From: Oopsacas minuta
Taxonomy: Eukaryota; Animalia; Porifera
Length of the DNA: 64,000 nt
Direction of reading: 5' to 3'
NCBI GenBank assembly: GCA_024704765.1
Contig: JAKMXF010000303.1
Coordinates: 1 to 64,000 of the forward strand
In this document: positions 26,424 through 38,358 of the stretch, piece by piece
Numbering within the stretch: position 1 is the first letter of the stretch
How the letters are laid out: each line of letters opens with the position of its first letter
Position numbers and translations under genes: made by a program
The notes under the pieces: generated by a model
What the model saw: the letters and a program-made list of their open reading frames with translations, nothing else
Told to the model about the DNA's origin: nothing
Databases searched by the model: none

Positions 26424-27758
26424 ATGGCTACAGCTGACGCTGACTGTGGCTGTGACATGGAGTCTCCCTCACGAATAGAAGAGGCCATAGAGATAGCGTC
26501 TAGTGTTAGAGAGGCAGGGCTGTCTATTGCTGACAGGTGTTCTGGTCTGTTCAGCTCGCTGGGATTTGGGAAGCAAATGAATTGTTTCGTAGCTTCTGAA
26601 CTTATAGACTTGTTGATAAGTAAGGGCTTTGCTGAAAACCGTGATGGAGCAGTGTCAGTAGGTCAGTTATTGGTCGATACTGATCTGATACACCACGTGT
26701 CTGATAAACTACAGTTCATGGACGGAGACCACTTTTATAGGTTTAGAAAGGATGAAGGGGAGGATAAGGGACCCAGTGCAGCATCTATCCGTCAAGTTAA
26801 GAAATCTCATTGTGGTTACGTTTATAAGAAGGGATATATATTCTGGTCAAGGTAAGTAACTGTTATTTCATTTTACTCAGGTATAATTGTGGTAATTGTA
26901 TAGATATTATTTCGCATTATCCTGTCCTGCTTCGAGACAGCTGCTGGTGTATAGACAGGAATTAGACTCTAATCCTCTGCTAAACTACTCATTCTCTGAG
27001 GCTGTCCTAACGCCAAATTTAAAGAAGAAATCGCCAGAAATTAGAATAGATCTCACACTACTAACTAAAGATTCAGTTACACTGTTCCTAGCATTGAGGA
27101 GTGAAGATGAACTATTTGGTTGGGTTACAGCTTTTGGTAACTCTGGAGCTAAGGTTTGTTATACTATTTGTTTATTTCTGTGTGCGTATTATTATATTTA
27201 TTGCCTACCTATTACATCATACTATATACTTAGGTATTGGACACTGTTAACAGAGCTATTGTGCCAAACAAAGCTTCTAGTGTGTTTGAGTTCACTGCGA
27301 TAGATATTCACGGAAATGAATATTCATTTGAACAAGATAGAGGTAAAGTAATGCTGTTTGTGAATGTAGCGAGTGAATGAGGACTAACTCAGAAGAACTA
27401 CCGTCAGTTGGTAGATCTTCATACTCAGTACTCAGAACAAGGACTTATGATTGTAGCCTTCCCTTGTAATCAGTTTGGAGGACAAGAACCTAAGACTAAT
27501 GAAGAGATTTTTCAGTTTTCACAAACATTCGGAGTAAAATTCCTGATGATGTCAAAAGTGGATGTCAATCTTAGCAAGACGATACCTCTGTACGAATATT
27601 TGAAATCTAAGAAAGGTGGTACCCTTGGTTCCTTCATCAAGTGGAACTTTACTAAGTTTCTATGTGATAGACAGGGACAGCCTGTCATACGTTACGCCCC
27701 TAATGTAGACCCTATTTCAATAGCACCTGACATTGAGAAGTACCTTTTAATGCAATAA
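26424..27758 (+). CDS. DEP-PH-glutathione peroxidase (GPx4-type) fusion selenoprotein, join(26424..26851,26904..27153,27234..27758), Sec at UGA 27378-27380, 400 aa
   Basis: DEP (FVASELIDLL...AVSVGQLL...IHHV..F.DGDHFYRF) and PH (GYVYKKG..WSRYYFAL...ELFGWVTAF). Two GT-AG introns keep the frame into VNVASE-U-GLT..FPCNQFGGQEP..KWNFTKFL. SECIS downstream. Confidence 0.85.
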
Positions 27759-27785
27759 ATATGAATTATAACCAGGATACGAGGA

Positions 27786-27850
27786 AGGAGATTGGTATGA
27801 AGATTTCATTCTTAACCTAATTGGGGAATGTTATCCGATCTTAACTCTCT
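27786..27850 (+). promoter_or_regulatory. SECIS element (type II-like) of the DEP-PH-GPx gene
   Basis: ATGA (27797-27800), helix GATTTCATTC/GAATGTTATC, unpaired AA, CC/GG mini-stem and GA at 27837-27838, starting about 30 nt after the stop codon. Confidence 0.85.
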
Positions 27851-28029
27851 ATTTCTCATTTTATAATTTTATTTTTTATTATTTATCCTCAAAGCTTTTA
27901 ATTTTCTTTGATTTTTTATTCGTAAGTAGTTGTTGAAATTAGGATTTTGTCATGTTAATAATGTCATCAGTGGGATTGAGTGGGTCATGAGTTCTTAAGA
28001 GGTCTAGATGTCTGATTTTATATACACGA

Positions 28030-28350
28030 GCCGCTTCGCTTGCTCGTGCTGCGCAGCTTGAGAACACTGTTCGCATTTAACTCGGCACTTCCTACCTCGA
28101 ATTTTTCATAAGAACAACGATTACCCATGTATATCCGTTAAGAGTTTAACTCTACATATATTTTGAGACTTCAACTATTTGTTTACTTTCTATACATAAT
28201 ATCAACAAATCTATATTTACATATGATAAATTCAAAAGTGTGAAATCGGATTTAGCATATTCAATATATTTAGTCAATTTTATAAAATTCTGTTTACTCC
28301 CTTGATAAACATTATAAATATATACGTAGTTATGCGACATCTCAGGATCC
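28030..28350 (-). mobile_element. Truncated Helitron-like family copy between the two GPx modules
   Basis: CCGCTTCGCTTGCTCG and CAAAAGTGTGAAATCGGATTTAGCATATTC blocks shared with 4690-5215 and 31930-33017. Confidence 0.6.
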
Positions 28351-29190
28351 ACAAATATTACTGGACACACAGAAATCATTGAGAGTTAATAATATAAAAA
28401 TATACTTATTAGATCTCAAATTACATCTTTACGTGTTGCTCATAGGGCATGCAGTCAGTTTGGGTTTAAGTATCTAATTTAAATGTATTGAATCCAGTGA
28501 TTTCTATTTTGTACAGGTAAATATAAGGATATAGGCTAGGGGTGACCATTGTCCAGGGTTTTCGCCAAAATTCCTGTGTCCAAGATTCTAGAGATTATTA
28601 CTTAGAATAGAAGAATATTAAAGTTATTAAACTGGCTATCAATTGTTAAATGAGGTTTCACGCTATTTCTATTACAAAATTAGACATCCATTTATGGTTT
28701 TATGACATATAGTGTACTTGTCAAACAATATAGTGTCCAGGAAATTCGTGTGGAAATGCTCCAATGTACAGGATTTAAACCTAAACATGCTAGTTACCCT
28801 AATATATGCAGATGCAATATTCGCATGGAACTGTGGCCATGTGTGAGGTTCGTCCCTCCCTCCACGTGATCGTGGGAATCTAACGTTGAATATTAGCACA
28901 TAAAATAATTGCTCTCAATATATCTCATAATAATACCCAAATCAAACATCTAGTCTTGTAGAGCCCGCTATACATGACGCAACTTTTTTGCATGCAACAA
29001 GGTAACACACGCGGTACAACAATGTGCATGAACTCTAACTGAACAAGTTGTATGTGAATGTTTGGACAATTCATAATTGAGTATGAATGATCCTATCCTG
29101 ATATTCAAAACATGAAACTTGTAGTTATACTATACACATACAGTATAACCTGTGACTATAACAACCACTACTTAGATGAATTAGATTAGC

Positions 29191-29790
29191 ATGATAAGTA
29201 TCCCTATTTTACGAAAGGCTCCACTTGTTACAATATCAGTTGTAACCGTGCTACTGCTAAGTGTTGCGTTGTGGACATTACAAAGCTATCCAAATGAAAG
29301 TGAAGCTTCTAGTGTGTTTGAGTTCACTGCGATAGATATTCACGGAAATGAATATTCATTTGAACAAGATAGAGGTAAAGTAATGCTGTTTGTGAATGTA
29401 GCGAGTGAATGAGGACTAACTGAAGAGAACTACCGTCAGTTGGTAGATCTTCATACTCAGTACTCAGAACAAGGACTTAGGATTGTAGCCTTCCCTTGTA
29501 ATCAGTTTGGAGGACAAGAGCCTAAGACTAATGAAGAGATTTTTCAGTTTTCACAAACATTCGGAGTAAAATTCCTGATGATGTCAAAAGTGGATGTCAA
29601 TCTTAGCAAGACGATACCTCTGTACGAATATTTGAAATCTAAGAAAGGTGGTACCCTTGGTTCTTTCGTCAAGTGGAACTTTACTAAGTTTCTATGTGAT
29701 AGACAGGGACAGCCTGTCATACGTTACGCCCCTAATGTAGACCCTATTTCAATAGCACCTGACATTGAGAAGTATCTTTTAATGCAATAA
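29191..29790 (+). CDS. GPx4-type selenoprotein with N-terminal signal peptide/anchor, Sec at UGA 29410-29412, 199 aa, intronless
   Basis: ORFs 29191-29412 and 29440-29790 are in the same frame, separated only by TGA at the peroxidatic position. Catalytic Gln, Trp and Asn are intact, the N-terminus is hydrophobic, and a SECIS follows. Confidence 0.92.
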
Positions 29791-29817
29791 ATATGAATTA
29801 TAACCAGGATACGAGGA

Positions 29818-29882
29818 AGGAGATTGGTATGAAGATTTCATTCTTAACCTAACTGGGGAATGTTATCCGATCTTAACTCTCT
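29818..29882 (+). promoter_or_regulatory. SECIS element of the second GPx gene
   Basis: Core is the same as the first SECIS (ATGA 29829-29832, GA 29869-29870) apart from one apical-loop base. Confidence 0.85.
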
Positions 29883-30343
29883 ATTTCCTCTTTTCTTAAC
29901 TTTATTATTTGATTTAAGGTGTTGAGATACTATTTTCATGATAAATTATTTTAGTAAGTAAGCATCTAACCATATACCCTTCACCTGGAAATTTCGTGTT
30001 AGGAGAAATGATGTTACAAACGGCCCCTGCTCTGCATTGCTATTCCACTTCAGTAGACGCTTAGTAGTAAACGAATCGAGAATCCTCTGAATCGAATTTC
30101 GAATCGTTTTAATCTGACTTTTAGCATATGATACGATTAATATATATAACTCTACAATTTGAAATAGGGTTCCTTCTCTTGGAAGAGCATTAGGAAATTT
30201 CTTTTGAATTAGATAGAGTTTTCTTGTGGTTTTTAATTTTTCCTGAAAAATTAACTTTCGACAGTATCGCTTGATTGGAGCAACACTGATCCTGTTATAT
30301 CAAAAAGTTACTCGGCTTTATTTGGTGGATTTATCTTGCTAGC

Positions 30344-33300
30344 ATGTTTTCTATTTCAATAGTAATAGCTCTAATACTATTGAGTTTTGTATTGTCAGTA
30401 TTTCTCCTGAAAAAGCATATTTTATGTAAAAAGGGTTCTATTAACATCAGACTATTCTATGATGACAACCTATTCAATCAAGAAATGATCTCTCTCATTC
30501 CTCAATTCAGTCGCAATTACGATCCTCCTTGTTGGATACGGAATAGAACAACATCCACTTTAATTTTTGGAATACTTGGAAGGTAAACCTTCTGTCTGAT
30601 ATACCTGTACCAAATTTCAGTACCATATCTTGGTACTTCGTGTAATTAGTCCGAATAATTCCGTATGATAGTTAATTGAACACTCATATGACGATACATA
30701 TTATTAACTCGTTAGGTATTATATTTCCATTTTGCTTTATGGGAGTCAACTGCTCCTCCAATAATCCCGATATGTATACGCATATATTCAGTTTCTTAAC
30801 AGGTTTGGAAGCAGACAGGTTACGCCTGTAGGAATTAGACAGAGAGTGAAATTACCAGATGGAACAGCCGCAATATTTGACTTATACTTAGATCCGATAA
30901 GAGAAGATCCTCTCCTCCAGAATATTATCCTTATCGTCATACCTGGTTTATCTAACCATAGTGCGAGTGATTATGTAAGAGCTTATATCGAGTATGCGTC
31001 ATCTCATGGTTTCAGAGTAGCTTGTCTTGATCACCTCGGTAAGTAAGTCAGGTTTAATACTTTTTAGCCGTCGTACAGGCCATTAATATTATCCTTCTTT
31101 CTTACGTGCTCGTATACATGTTACGTTTTCAAAAGGAATATTATCATATTAACTATTGCGGGTTCGGTTTGTGTATTATACAGTGGATTATAATTTTGAT
31201 CCGATATAGTCTTATAAGAGTTATCTCTAGGCTCAGATTGTGGAGAGGCAATCAACCCTGAATCACCTCGTATACACACGTATGGAGGTACAGGAGACCT
31301 ATCAGCTATGGTAGATTATCTGAGAGATAAATATCCTGGGAATAAGTTTATTGGAGTAGGATTTTCTATTGGAGCAAATATCTTGCTCAAGTATTTAGGA
31401 GAACGTCCAGAGAGACAGAGTTACTTTCTAGCAGCTCAATCTTGGTGTCAGGGGTATGACGTCATTACATGTCTCCCATACATTAGCGGGGGAATCAGCG
31501 CTACTAAATTATTTTATAATTTAATATCCAAGAAAAAGAAATTAGAATACAATGCATTATTAGATATTATATATTCTGGCAAACCTACAATCTCTCAAAA
31601 TAATAATGAATATTTGAATTCGGAAGTTTCTAAGTGTGTTCCTGAAGATGAGTTAAAGCCATTAATGTCTGCTAGTAAAGTAAATAATGAAGAAATACAA
31701 ACAGCTGATTGTATATTACCATCGGTAGAACCACACCCTCCATTACAGCCTTCTGAGTTAGAGAGAGATCTACCCAGCTGGGTACCCACATATGCTTACC
31801 AGAAGATAGGGAGAGAGGTTTCTGTCGATAATCCTCCCAGGGATGTTAATGGGTTCCTTATTGAAGGATGGGAGGATGTTCCTCCTTTTGATATTAATGA
31901 GGTTGGTTTAAGAGGCATTTAATATATTACTAGCGCGCTTCGCTTGCTAGGTCGCTGCCGACAGCTTAGGGCCTCAGGTTAGCTTAAATAATCAACCGCT
32001 ACATTTCTTGTTGCTTATGGTCGCAACGTGCGGGATATACTGAGCACTATGTACCTCGGGGTTATTTTTTGTGGAAATTTTGATTTAATATTTTATCCAT
32101 GGTCGATCCAAATTCCCTTTTCTGGTAATACTTCACACTCGTTAATACTGTAGCTCTGATTTTAGATTAGTAATCTAGGCACTTCGTGTCTCGATTATTA
32201 TGAAATTCTCAAAATATCAATATTTAGATAATTTGCTTTCGTGAAGTCAGATGACGTAATAATCCATGACCTCATGATTCTGGCCAAAGAGTTAGCTTTA
32301 GTCAGAATCATGAAGTCAGGACATTTGTCACATTGATAAGTACCTGTGATTCAAATTTCAAACTTCTACCATGTATACTGGCCGAGCTGTGGTTAATAAT
32401 GCGATTTTTCGTAAACCCAAAACGGTGACAATGACGTCATAATTTCGTTTATTAAAATTAACAATAACAATATATATCATGATGAGCCTTTGGCTCGTCA
32501 CATTGCGCCTCGAGGTATTCAACGGACAAACAAACATACAAACAACATCGAGATTTGTTAAAATTGATGTTGTTTACAGACTTAGCGTACTTGAGTATAC
32601 CAGTATAATCGTTGAATGTATGATTCTACCTCAATCTTGAAATTTGTTTACTTTTTGTACCTAAAAAGTAAACAAATATTCACAATATGTTGTTTTCAAT
32701 ATCATATTCAGACTCAGTATACTCGATTACCTCAGTATAGTCGTTGAAAGTATGATTCTACCTCAATTTTGAAATTTGTTTACTTTATATTCACAAAAAC
32801 AACAATAAATTTACATATGATTAATCCAAAAGTGTGAAAATCGGATTCAGCATGTTCGATATATTTCGTGAAGTTTTATTGAATTCTATTTACTTCCTTG
32901 ATAAACACGAAAATACATAGTTATGAGACAATTTCAAATTGCATACCGTAAATCCTTTCCTTGACAACGGACAAACAAACAGACAAACAGACAACAATTG
33001 TTACTTAATAATATAGATGTACCATTGTTATAATGTATTGACCGTAGTTCCAAGGCTAATAATTGAGTTTCGTACTAAAACAATTATCGGATTATTCGAG
33101 GTAATACTGTATTTCTAGTTTGCTTAAACTATGTTCTCTTCTGTTTAGTTCAACAGACACTCTGGCATAGTAATGCTGGACACTCATTTCACTCGACCTC
33201 TGCTAGGCTTTAATACTATAGAAGATATGTATAGATGGGCATGTTGTATTTACGTGATGGACCAGATTAAAGACTTACCAGTGCTACTTGTTAATGCCAA

Positions 33301-33532
33301 AGATGATCCAATGGTTCCCTGGCAAGTAGCTGAGGATATTATGAGTAATCACAGTAGAGTTAATAGCAAAGCAATAGGGATTATAACACAGCATGGTGGA
33401 CATTTGGGGTTCTATGAAGGATCCTGTTGTGCTAGGAAACGTGTCTCCTGGGTGGATAAGGTATCTGTTCTACATGCACGGAGTGTAGTCCAGATAGTAT
33501 CAGCTGATTATTCAGATTCAGAACGTGTATGA
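30344..33532 (+). CDS. ABHD1/2/3-family lipase copy 1, join(30344..30582,30803..31038,31231..31901,33149..33532)
   Basis: N-terminal TM, oxyanion region VIPGL, nucleophile GFSIG, acid NAKDDP and His GGHLGF. Confidence 0.88.
31930..33017 (-). mobile_element. Complete non-autonomous Helitron (about 1.09 kb) in intron 3 of ABHD copy 1
   Basis: On the minus strand it begins A|TC(TATATTATTAA), ends CTAG|T with GC-rich palindromes near the 3' end, has no TSD and carries a (CAAA/CAGA) microsatellite. The same 5' terminus recurs at 62189. Confidence 0.8.
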
Positions 33533-33973
33533 GTATATTTTAGTCTCTGATTTTATTTATCATATTTTAGTTATCAAAACTTTTATCTTCATTGTACAAC
33601 ATTGTAGTTATATATTGGTTCTTTTCAAATTATCTTCGACCATTTTGTCCCTCACTTAATACTACATATATGTACATGTGAACAGGTTTGTAGGAAATTG
33701 GCGACTTATACGCCCAACGCTTCTAAGCCTCCGAGAGCTCAGCGTGTGAAGTTGTGAACAAATATTCCACTTTGTTCCTTATGTTCATTTGTAATGAAAG
33801 AATATCTACGTACATACAATGTACTCTGTGTACTAGCTACGAAACTCCATATATGGATATCGACAGTCCCTACTGTCATAATTTTGAGATAGTATCCTGT
33901 AATTAATATTCACGTTTATATATCACAGATCGATTATTTGTCTGTTACAGCTGGAACACTTTATGGATACAGA

Positions 33974-36900
33974 ATGATCAGTGATACTTCACTCCCTTAC
34001 CCAGTATCTATCTCTTCACTACCATTAGCAACTCTATTGCTGTTATGTCTTGTAGTGTTCTTATTGTTCTTGAAGAAGTTTATGTTATGCAAAAAGGGTT
34101 CTATTAACATCAGACTATTCTATGATGACAACCTATTCAACCAAGAAATGATATCTCTCATTCCTCAATTTACTCGTAATTATATTCCTCCTTGTTGGAT
34201 ACGGAATAGAATAACCTCTACTTTATTTTTTGGAATACTTGGAAGGTACGTAGGATAGTTCATTGCTTTTTCTATAGCCAATATTTAATAGTGAGTATCA
34301 GAGATGTCTCATCTATTTTCAAGCATACCCTCGTTGCTCCTGAAATACCTTCCAGGTTTCACAAATTCAATTACAGCACGATAAAGTTAAAATACACTAA
34401 TTAGTGCACTACTGCATTTGTGGCCACGATCATGAATATGTATAGCTGTATACTTGTATGTATTCGCTTAATACATCACATAAACTGCAAGACATTCGTC
34501 ATATGACAAAATATCAACGATTAAGTAGAAATATCTTTGTTAGCTCATACAGTCCTGATTCCTGACAAATGCTTCCGTCTGATTTACTTGAATTTTGGAT
34601 ATTATTTACTTGACCAACTTTGACACCAGGTTGTATACTGACCTGCTTGACTTGTCAGTATATTCTAAGTTACGGTATCATATCTCTATCTACATAGGTT
34701 TGGAAATGAACAGACTAACCCAATAGGAAACAGACATAGAGTGAACTTACCTGACGGAACTACGATAACATTTGATCTCTACTTAGATCCGATAAGAGAG
34801 GATCCTCTCCTACAGAATGTGATCATAGTAATCATACCAGGTGTCTCTAATCATAGTGCTAGTGATTACATGAGAGCTTATATAGAGTATGCGTCTTCTA
34901 ACGGTTTTAAAGTAGCTAGTCTTAATCACATGGGTTAGTCTGCTATAGTACACCCTCACTGATCCGAACATCACTTTTACAAGTGCAAGAAATTCATACG
35001 GATTAGTGAAATGCATTGAACCAATACTAAAGGATATAGGGATACATTTTGGAAGTTGTATAAACGATGAAAAGACTGACAAATTGCGTAATATGGAATT
35101 ATGTATTTGTCCCAGTAGAATTAGATATTATTAGGTATTTTGAAAATTCTGATTAGCCCTGTTCGGATTAGCGAGGATCTACTGTGCCAATGATAAAAAC
35201 ATTAGCAGACTTTACTTATTGCTTGTTTATAGGCTCAGCTTGTGGAGAGGCAATCAACCCTGAATCACCTCGTATACACACGTATGGAGGTACAGGAGAC
35301 CTATCAGCTATGGTAGATTATCTGAGAGATAAATATCCTGGGAATAAGTTTATTGGAGTAGGATTTTCTCTAGGGGCAAATGTATTGCTCAAGTATTTAG
35401 GAGAACGTCCAGAGAGACAGAGTTACTTTCTAGCAGCTCAATCTTGGTGTCAGGGGTATCACCTCAATATCTGTATCCCTCATATGAACAGGTTGGGGAA
35501 CGGAGCTAAATTATTCAATCATCTTCTAACTAAGAAGAAAAAAGCAGAGGTCAGGAATATATTAGGAACTTTGTTCGGTGGGAAACCAAGTGATAAGATT
35601 CAAAAACAATATTTAGTTACTGATGAATTTGATAAAACTCCTGAAGATGAGTTAAAGCCATTAATGTCTGCTAGTAAAGTAAATAATGAAGAAATACAAA
35701 CAGCTGATTGTATATTACCATCGGTAGAACCACACCCTCCATTACAGCCTTCTGAGTTAGAGAGAGATCTACCCAGCTGGGTACCCACATATGCTTACCA
35801 GAAGATAGGGAGAGAGGTTTCTGTCGATAATCCTCCCAGGGATGTTAATGGGTTCCTTATTGAAGGATGGGAGGATGTTCCTCCTTTTGATATTAATGAG
35901 GTACATATCAAATACTTATAGCAAATTAGCCCTAATTACGAACCTTTGGCTAGTAATTTCTCAATGAACTTGACGCTTAGCTCCTTGAACTATACTTTCT
36001 TTTTCTACTTGGCAATCCATTCGGGGAATTATTTAGGTAATTCATAATACGTATTTCAACAGAGGTAGTGAAGATGCTGTTAACAGCTACACTTTTCACT
36101 CAATTAATACTTTAGCATTGCGAATTTGAGTTTTCAATTAAACACTATCTTTTAGCCATTATCAGCCTTGTGGTCTCTCAGTTCCAATCAATTCCGAACA
36201 TTACATACATAAGTATACGTTAGGGCATTACGATCGTGCGATCTGAGGATGATCACTGATCATTTTATAAACAGTGATCGAGTGTAAGATCCCGACAATT
36301 TTTCCCCGAAATTTTCGATCATAATTTCGATCTTTTAAGGCAGACAGAATTGAAAATCTAGACCCCAAAATGTATGTACTAATTTTCATGGCATTCAGAC
36401 TGGTAGATTTCGCATGGCCGCCCAGAAGGACGGACTTCCGTAAATAATATAGCATCTCCCTATATGAGGTGCTTTCCAAATTCGGATACCGACTATTCGC
36501 ACCTTATTTGATTGGTCAATTTGATATGATATTAATTAAGTAATTATTTTAATCTAACCATTTCTAATAATTATTTCTGGATACGGACAAGTCTTTCAAT
36601 TGGATAGATAATCCTAATTTTAGATGACATGCATTCCAGTGGAATCCATTTATTGATATGAATTCAAAAGATTGCTAAAGTAAGTAACATACACGAAGTA
36701 AATACTCTTAGGGCTATATTGGTAAAGAGGAATGTAGTACACAGGATGTGATCACCTGTGATATTTGCAATCCTCGGACATAAATAGAAAATGATCTAGT
36801 ATTCCTTATAAATTTCAGAAATCTCGCGATCCTTTTTGGTTCAAGGATCGGAATCACTATCTCCGATGATTTTTTATTGAATGATCGGAATCGTGATCAT

Positions 36901-37646
36901 TAGTTAATTTTGCGACAGTTATTAACAGCTTAGCTGTTTCTATCCCTGCGTATATACTTTCTTATATGGCATAACAATATTAATACATTTGCATGTGGCG
37001 AACATGAGAATTGGAAATTCGGATTTAGCATAGGCTTCCTTTGCTGCACAGTGCATACCATAACTTTTTGTGGATAAAGAACTAACATACAAACACGTAG
37101 TATAACGAAGTGTTTCTTTATCCCATATAGTTCGAATGCGATTGATTTTCCAACGCTTATAAAAAATGCCACTTCTCACGAAATGAAACAGGGGTTCCCG
37201 AGCACTCCGTTATAAGAGTTAACTGTACAACAATTGGGTTATTAGTAACATAGATATCTATTCTCTAGTTCAACAGAGCTACAGATATTGCATCTATTGA
37301 TGCTTGTTTCTGTCGTGCATACCTCGGATTTCAGACACGAGAAGATTTCTATAATTGGAGCTCTTCACTACTTGTGATGGACCAGATTAAAGACTTACCA
37401 GTGCTACTTGTTAATGCCAGAGATGATCCAGTAATTCCATGGCGAGTAGTTGAGGAAATTATGAGTGATCACAGTAGAGTTAATAGCAAAGCAATAGGGA
37501 TTATAACACAGCATGGTGGACATTTGGGGTTCTATGAAGGATCCTGTTGTGCTAGGAAACGTGTCTCCTGGGTGGATAAGGTATCTGTTCTACATGCACG
37601 GAGTGTAGTCCAGATAGTATCAGCTGATTATTCAGAACGTGTATGA
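33974..37646 (+). CDS. ABHD1/2/3-family lipase copy 2, join(33974..34245,34698..34933,35233..35900,37269..37646)
   Basis: GFSLG, NARDDP and GGHLGF. Same intron positions and phases as copy 1. Confidence 0.88.
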
Positions 37647-38358
37647 GTATATTCACATTTGAAAGTAAAACACAATAAATTGTTAGCTGAAGAAAACACA
37701 TAGAATATGTAAGGTAGGTATATTTGATCATTCCATTTTCAAACTTATTTTAGCTCCATATATATACATTGTATATATGTAGTACAGAATGACATTATAC
37801 TCAGTTTTTGGAATAATTTGTTATACGAGTTTTACAGTATATAATCTTTTGTATTAATTATTGTATTCGTTTTATGAAGAACTTGGTAAACTAATTATTA
37901 TCAATTCGTCTGTGATTCTCTACCAGATGTTAGCCTGTAATTTGTTAATCTCTTTATTTCTTACCAATTCTCCGAGTTATTCTTAGATGTAACTGACAGC
38001 TGGCAATATTTTCATCTAAATCCTCAATTTTGATCACACACACTGATGTAATTAATTTCTACAGTAAGTTCCATAATAATTCTTTCTCACGTGTTACTGG
38101 TTATTTATTTATTTTACAAGGTATAACAATCTTAAAACATAATCTCTCAACATCATAAATAGGTAGACCTACAAAGATAATTTATAAGTATTTCTTTACA
38201 AACGATTTAGTGAATTTACTTAGATATGTATACCAGGATTAATTACTGAATAAATCAAAACTATTCTCTATCCAAATTCTCATTACATCATTATAAATAC
38301 TTTATTTGAATGCAAACAGTTTGTAATTCATTCAATAATTTTGTTTTCAGATATATAC

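Noticed and set aside
22237-26851. DEP domain of the fusion gene derived from the neighbouring RGS DEP domain
   Set aside because: No recognisable sequence similarity beyond generic DEP features; proximity alone is not evidence.
26896-27303. Standalone PH protein with a hydrophobic C-terminal tail (ORF-track reading)
   Set aside because: The tail is read-through of an AT-rich intron with good donor and acceptor sites, and splicing gives an in-frame GPx. Kept only as a possible intron-retention isoform.
27378-29412. GPx genes as pseudogenes because of in-frame TGA
   Set aside because: The TGA is at the peroxidatic residue in both copies, the rest of each frame is intact, and each has a SECIS, so it is read as selenocysteine.
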